Assembly: GCA_050014455.1 (NCBI GenBank)
Contig: JBEKDH010000001.1
Coordinates: 6,315-70,314, forward strand
Length of the DNA stretch: 64,000 nt
Source: Terracidiphilus sp.
GTDB lineage: Bacteria > Acidobacteriota > Terriglobia > Terriglobales > Acidobacteriaceae
Direction: 5' to 3'
Below the pieces are notes generated by a model that saw only the letters and a list, made by a program, of their open reading frames with translations, was not told the origin of the DNA and ran no database searches. Shown piece by piece: positions 58,409-64,000 of the stretch. Position numbers and translations under genes: made by a program. Position 1 is the stretch's first letter. Each line of letters begins with the position of its first letter.

Positions 58409-58464
58409 TTAAGTTTTTACTTGACAAATAATCGAGGTCGATTGACACTTAAGTGTGTACTTAA
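58409..58464 (+). promoter_or_regulatory. Two 6-4-6 inverted-repeat operators with TTGACA hexamers upstream of SRPBCC-arsR
   Basis: TTAAGT-TTTT-ACTTGA (58409-58424) and TTAAGT-GTGT-ACTTAA (58449-58464); TTGACA at 58421 and 58442. Confidence 0.7.
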
Positions 58465-58490
58465 TGAATTTCCAGTGGAGGAGAACATTC

Positions 58491-58964
58491 ATGGACCATC
58501 AACCCGTGATCCACAACACGTTTGTCGTCGAACGCAATTACCCTGTCAAGCCGGAGCGCGTATTCGCCGCCTTCGCCGACTCCGCACAGAAGCGCCGCTG
58601 GTATGCTGAGGGCGAGCAAAACAGGGTAGAAAGCTATGAGCAGGACTTTCGCGTTGGAGGCAGGGAGCATTACGCCCTCGGCTTCAAAGAAGGCCATCCG
58701 CTGAAGGGTCTCTCGCTCAAGAGCGAGAACATCTATCGGGATATCGTCCCGAACCGCCGCATCATCTTCACCTCGACCATGGCCGTGGCAGACAAGTGCA
58801 TCTCGGTCTCTTTGGGCACGGTTGAGCTTCTGCCCGCCGAGAAGGGCACCGACCTGATCCTCACATTTCAGAGCGCGTTCCTGGAGGGCTCGGATGGCCC
58901 CGCGATGAGGGAAGCCGGTTGGCGCGGGCTGCTCGACAAGCTTGCAAGGGTGCTTGAGGGCTAA
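58491..58964 (+). CDS. SRPBCC/AHSA1 (START-like) ligand-binding protein
   Basis: TFVVERNYPVKPERVFAAF, DFRVGGRE, DIVPNRRIIF, REAGWRGLLDKL; SD GGAGGAG. Confidence 0.88.
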   Translation: MDHQPVIHNTFVVERNYPVKPERVFAAFADSAQKRRWYAEGEQNRVESYEQDFRVGGREHYALGFKEGHPLKGLSLKSENIYRDIVPNRRIIFTSTMAVADKCISVSLGTVELLPAEKGTDLILTFQSAFLEGSDGPAMREAGWRGLLDKLARVLEG

Positions 58965-58994
58965 TCGCGGAGCGGAGCGGGAAGGCGCGGGACC

Positions 58995-59330
58995 ATGAAA
59001 AGAAGGAAACCCAATATCGACCGTATCTTCCGCGCCCTCGGCGATCCCACGCGCCGGGCGATGATGGAAATGCTGAGCAATGGTCCCATGTCGGTATCGC
59101 GCATGGCTGAGCCATTTGAAATGACCTTGGCCGCGGTGGTTCAACATATTCAGGTGCTGGAGGAGTGCGGCCTGGTGCAGACCGAGAAGGTGGGCCGGGT
59201 GCGCACCTGCCGCATCGAACCCACCGGGCTTGACGCGATGGAGCAATGGATCCGCGATCGCCGCTCAATCTGGGAACGCCGGCTGGGTCGGCTGGGGAAT
59301 TTGCTCGGTGAGTCGGAGAAAAAGGGCTAG
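58995..59330 (+). CDS. ArsR/SmtB family transcriptional regulator
   Basis: IFRALGDPTRRAM, HIQVLEECGLV..KVGRVRTC. Confidence 0.9.
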   Translation: MKRRKPNIDRIFRALGDPTRRAMMEMLSNGPMSVSRMAEPFEMTLAAVVQHIQVLEECGLVQTEKVGRVRTCRIEPTGLDAMEQWIRDRRSIWERRLGRLGNLLGESEKKG

Positions 59331-59459
59331 GATTTGACTGCGCCACTTCGCGCGCCGTGATTGAGAGCAATCACCTCCCACCCTAGCCGAACAAACAAGG
59401 ACGCCATGCCCAGAGGGCGCCCAGGTGGGGCACCCATATTCGCCGGATAAACGAAGGAG

Positions 59460-60506
59460 TTACTTGAGCGAACTCATGTCGATCACAAACCGGTATTTCA
59501 CGTCCTGGCGCAACATGCGCTCGTAGGCTTGGTTGATCTCTTGAATGGGAATGACTTCTACATCGGAGACGATGTTGCGCTCGCCGCAGTAGTCGAGCAT
59601 CTGCTGCGTCTCGGGCATGCCGCCGATCATGGAGCCGGAGAGCGCGGCACGCTTGAAGATGAGGTTGCCCACGTTCAACACCGGGAACTTGTCGGGCAGG
59701 CCGACCAGGCACATGGTGGCGTCCTGCTTGAGCAGCGCGGTGTAGGGGTCGAGCGAGTGCGGGGCCGCGGCGGCATCGAGGATGAAGTCGAAGGACTTGC
59801 AGTGGGCCTTCATGGCGTCAGCCTCGGTTGAGAGAACCACTTCATCGGCGCCGAGCCGGAGGGCGTCTTCGCGCTTGCGGAGGTTGGTGGTGAACTGGAC
59901 GACATGTGCGCCGAAGGAGTGCGCGAATTTGAGCGCCATGTGGCCCAGGCCGCCGAGGCCGACGATGCCCACCTTCATGCCGGGGCCAACCTTCCAGTGG
60001 CGTAGCGGCGAGTATGTCGTGATGCCAGCGCAGAGGAGCGGGGCCACGGCGGCGAGGTCGAGATTTGCGGGGACAGTGTGGGCGAAGCGCTCGTCGACAA
60101 CGTAGTTCGAGGAGTAGCCACCCATGGTGATAGAGCCGTCGACGCGGTCGCTGGCGGCGTAGGTGAGCGTGGCGCCCTGGTCGCAGAAGTGCTCCTCGCC
60201 GCGATGGCACGGGGCGCACTGGCGGCAGGAATCCACAATGACGCCGATGGCCGCAATGCCGCCTACCTGGAACTTAGTGACGGCGCTGCCGGCGGCCGTG
60301 ACGCGGCCCACGATCTCGTGGCCGGGAACGAGGGGATAGATCGCGTTGCCCCACTCGTTGCGCGCCATGTGCAGGTCGGAGTGGCAGACGCCGCAGTAGA
60401 GGATGTCAACGGCGATTTCACTGGGGCCGGGCTCGCGGCGCGTGAAGTTGAACGGACCAAGCGGGGATTGGGCGTTGGGCGTGGCGTAGCCTTTGGATGT
60501 GGGCAT
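59460..60506 (-). CDS. Zn-dependent NAD(P) alcohol dehydrogenase (YahK/cinnamyl-ADH type)
   Basis: CGVCHSD, PGHEIVG, CxxCxxC..C structural Zn site, GLGGLG, YRFVIDM. Confidence 0.93.
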   Translation of the reverse strand: MPTSKGYATPNAQSPLGPFNFTRREPGPSEIAVDILYCGVCHSDLHMARNEWGNAIYPLVPGHEIVGRVTAAGSAVTKFQVGGIAAIGVIVDSCRQCAPCHRGEEHFCDQGATLTYAASDRVDGSITMGGYSSNYVVDERFAHTVPANLDLAAVAPLLCAGITTYSPLRHWKVGPGMKVGIVGLGGLGHMALKFAHSFGAHVVQFTTNLRKREDALRLGADEVVLSTEADAMKAHCKSFDFILDAAAAPHSLDPYTALLKQDATMCLVGLPDKFPVLNVGNLIFKRAALSGSMIGGMPETQQMLDYCGERNIVSDVEVIPIQEINQAYERMLRQDVKYRFVIDMSSLK

Positions 60507-60562
60507 GGGAAGAATCCTCTCGCAGAGAATTCTACAACATGAGAGCGAGCATGGATCGTGCT

Positions 60563-60596
60563 ATCCCAGGTCCCAGAAGCGGGACCTGGGGCACCC
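60563..60596 (-). repeat. REP-like family A copy
   Basis: Reverse complement GGGTGCCCCAGGTCCCGCTTCTGGGACCTGGGAT. Confidence 0.7.
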
Positions 60597-60619
60597 AAAT
60601 CGTGTGTTGCGAGGGCATT

Positions 60620-61471
60620 TCAGGGGCGCTGGGCGCAGGCGACGCGGGGGATGGATTGCAGGTCTGGAATGAACTCGATTTGGTGGAAACCGGAGGCTGC
60701 GAGGAGCCCGGCGATGGCTTCGGATTGGCCGTAGCCGATTTCAAGGGCAATGAAGCCGCCGGAGACGAGACACGCGAAGGCTTGCGGGATGAGACGGCGG
60801 TAGATGTCGAGGCCGTCAGGGCCGGCGAAGAGGGCTAAGGCTGGTTCGTGGTCGCGGACCTCGACGGCGAGGGTATCGCGGTCGGTGAGTGGGACGTAAG
60901 GCGGGTTAGAGACTACGATGTCGAGTTGCTCTTGTGCGACCGGGGCGAGGAGATCGCCGTGAAGAAAGCGGATCTGGCTGGGGACGCCGTTGCGGTCGGT
61001 GTTCTGGCGGGCAATGGCCACGGCTGGGGCGGCGAGGTCGATGGCGGTGATCCGCGCATCAGGCAGGTGGTGAGCGAGAGCGATGGCGATGCAGCCGGAG
61101 CCGGCGCCAACGTCCGCGATGCGCGGCGCTGGAAAGCGGGCAGCTAGCTCGATGGCCTTTTCGACCAGATGCTCGGTCTCGGGGCGGGGGATCAGCACAC
61201 TGGGCGTAACGCGAAAGGGCAGACCGAAGAACTCGGCTTCGCCGAGGATGTATTGGATGGGCTCGCCCCGGTAGCGGCGTTCAATGATTTGGGCGAAGCG
61301 CGCAGACTGGTCCTTGGGGAGTTCGTCGTCTAAATGGGCGAGGAGCCAGGCTTTGTTTTCGCCCAGAACGTGCAGGAGCAGCGACTCGGCATCTTGGCGG
61401 GCGCGTTTGGGATGCGGCCCAAAGCTTAGGCGCGCGGCACCGTTCCAAACGAAACTGCTCAGTGGAAACAA
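60620..61471 (-). CDS. prmC: Release factor glutamine methyltransferase
   Basis: GEPIQYILG, VLIPRPETE, DVGAGSG, SNPPY; directly downstream of prfA. Confidence 0.94.
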   Translation of the reverse strand: MFPLSSFVWNGAARLSFGPHPKRARQDAESLLLHVLGENKAWLLAHLDDELPKDQSARFAQIIERRYRGEPIQYILGEAEFFGLPFRVTPSVLIPRPETEHLVEKAIELAARFPAPRIADVGAGSGCIAIALAHHLPDARITAIDLAAPAVAIARQNTDRNGVPSQIRFLHGDLLAPVAQEQLDIVVSNPPYVPLTDRDTLAVEVRDHEPALALFAGPDGLDIYRRLIPQAFACLVSGGFIALEIGYGQSEAIAGLLAASGFHQIEFIPDLQSIPRVACAQRP

Positions 61472-61474
61472 GGC

Positions 61475-62542
<1,068 letters not shown>

Positions 62543-62789
62543 GGAACACTCCTGCGGACGGCTGAATCTCTGGAAAAGAGTTGGGAAGGAAAGAAGGCGG
62601 AGAACGAATATAGGCGGCGGGCGCCGCTAGAGGAGGGCCAGGATGGGCTGGTAAAGCGTCATGCTGCTTCTATCTTAGCGCGAAACGCGCGCGAAATACG
62701 AATGGCCGGCTTTCCATGCCTCAGATACGAGAACTGGAAAAACCGGCCAATCTGCTGCAAACCAATCGTCTCAGCGGTCGCCTGGAGCG

Positions 62790-63638
62790 TCACCCGCGAC
62801 GGCGGCGGGCAACGGCACTGCGAAGCAAGGGCAACGCGAGAAGTCCAAGGCCAAGGAGCGACAGGGTTTCTGGTTCAGGGGTCACCCCCTCGCCGACGGT
62901 GAAGGCGTAGTAGTCCTCGGAGTCCGGCGTAGTATACGAGATCTCATCAAAGGTGCCCAGGAACTCGATCACCCCGTTACCTTCTTCGCCGCATACGGTG
63001 TAAGCGCCGCAGCCGGCGTTGGTAGCGGTGTCGGTGATGGAACCGCCCCCGAATTGAGCGTCTGGACCGCCAGCCAGGATCACAAAAGGCTCCGCACTGT
63101 TGAAGATGTACTCCGCTGGCGTCCCAGGCGATCCGAGGCTCCAAATGGCCACGACGGGGTCAGTGATCCAGACGGGGCTGGGGTCCGGGCAACTTCCGAG
63201 GCTGGGAGCACAATTGGAATAAAAGGAGATGGTCTCGACGTTGGCGCCAGTCCCGCCATTCATCGCAACCGAGTTGTAGCTGGTGGGCGGCGCGTCCGCG
63301 ATGTTCTGGGTGGCTCCTAAGTTGGTCCAGCTGGCGCTGGGATTCCAAACGCCACTACCGCCGGAGCCGGGGTAAAAGCCGTGGTTGCTCAGGCCAAGGG
63401 ACGGAGCCCACGTAGAATTGCTGAGGCCCAGGGTTTCGCCGGTATAGTCAACGTAGATGCTGCCCAAATTGCCTACAGCGTTTCCAGTGGTACTGCTCGT
63501 CGAGGCGTACTGTGAGCTGGTCCAGTCAGTCCAATTGACGGTGATGGGACCGGCGTACGCGGGGAAGGACGCGGCGAGCGCAAAAGCGCCGAAGATGACC
63601 GCCAAAGCCGAATTTGTGAGCAGACGTTGCACTTTCAC
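62790..63638 (-). CDS. PEP-CTERM sorting domain protein
   Basis: Signal peptide; C-terminal TPEPETLSLLGLGLLALPLL + RRRR; GTG 63638 with SD AAGGAGG. Confidence 0.88.
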   Translation of the reverse strand: MKVQRLLTNSALAVIFGAFALAASFPAYAGPITVNWTDWTSSQYASTSSTTGNAVGNLGSIYVDYTGETLGLSNSTWAPSLGLSNHGFYPGSGGSGVWNPSASWTNLGATQNIADAPPTSYNSVAMNGGTGANVETISFYSNCAPSLGSCPDPSPVWITDPVVAIWSLGSPGTPAEYIFNSAEPFVILAGGPDAQFGGGSITDTATNAGCGAYTVCGEEGNGVIEFLGTFDEISYTTPDSEDYYAFTVGEGVTPEPETLSLLGLGLLALPLLRSAVARRRRG

Positions 63639-63693
63639 TCTAGTGCCCTCCTTGGGAACTGAAGTCGACGAGTTTGCGCCTTGAACATTCTCA

Positions 63694-63709
63694 TGCAATC
63701 CGGCTGCCA
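63694..63709 (-). promoter_or_regulatory. Sigma-54 -24/-12 promoter of the PEP-CTERM gene
   Basis: TGGCAGCCGGATTGCA; exactly 10 nt between GG and GC. Confidence 0.7.
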
Positions 63710-63789
63710 TTCGGGACCAGTTCCATTGCGCTTCATTTTCTTATGTTTGCAGACGGACCGGGGCAGCAACAAGCAATGTCTTGCGCATC

Positions 63790-63813
63790 AAAGTGGAAAA
63801 AAATTACCACTTT
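63790..63813. promoter_or_regulatory. Inverted repeat, candidate enhancer-binding-protein site
   Basis: AAAGTGG-N10-CCACTTT about 80 nt upstream of the sigma-54 site. Confidence 0.5.
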
Positions 63814-64000
63814 TGCGTCGTAGCCGAATCATTAAAGGCTCCTCGCCTCTTGAGCGGCCTTGAACAAGCGCGGCTGCTCCACGAAGAACTATACCACTTT
63901 CAAGGCCGCTCGCGGGCGCCGCTCGCGCCAACCTGGCAGGGTGGGCGATTGCGTGGACAGTGATCGAGAGCACAATTGGGGTTCGTTCCGCCGCTTCGGT

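Overview
GC-rich chromosomal segment, most likely from an Acidobacteriaceae-type acidobacterium. That assignment is an inference from gene content: paired acidobacterial-type VWA proteins, several small OM beta-barrels, a PEP-CTERM protein, and many secreted glycosidases and peptidases. Housekeeping genes include bfr, a flagellin with a sigma-28 promoter, an ECF sigma/anti-sigma/Spy-like operon, araD, tRNA-Glu(CTC), jag, clpC, lolD, tatA, kduI, ppk1, prfB (programmed +1 frameshift) and prfA-prmC. Carbohydrate enzymes (GH27 x2, GH106, GH105, GH3) and peptidases (S9, S41, papain-like) are scattered through the window. I found no CRISPR array, rRNA, integrase or intact transposase. The least-explained layer is a dense set of miniature palindromic elements in at least four families, plus heptamer arrays. 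Some are nested in each other's loops, and a related 42-nt palindrome sits in-frame inside lolD, adding 14 aa. Other highlights: an unannotated 35-aa ORF; an orphan class-I isoprenoid-synthase-fold protein; a sigma-54 promoter plus enhancer-like inverted repeat before the PEP-CTERM gene; decayed toxin-antitoxin remnants; an SRPBCC-ArsR cassette flanked by a duplicated 3' end of the adh gene; and non-autonomous IS200-like and IS4 remnants. All calls are by eye from sequence motifs. No searches were run.
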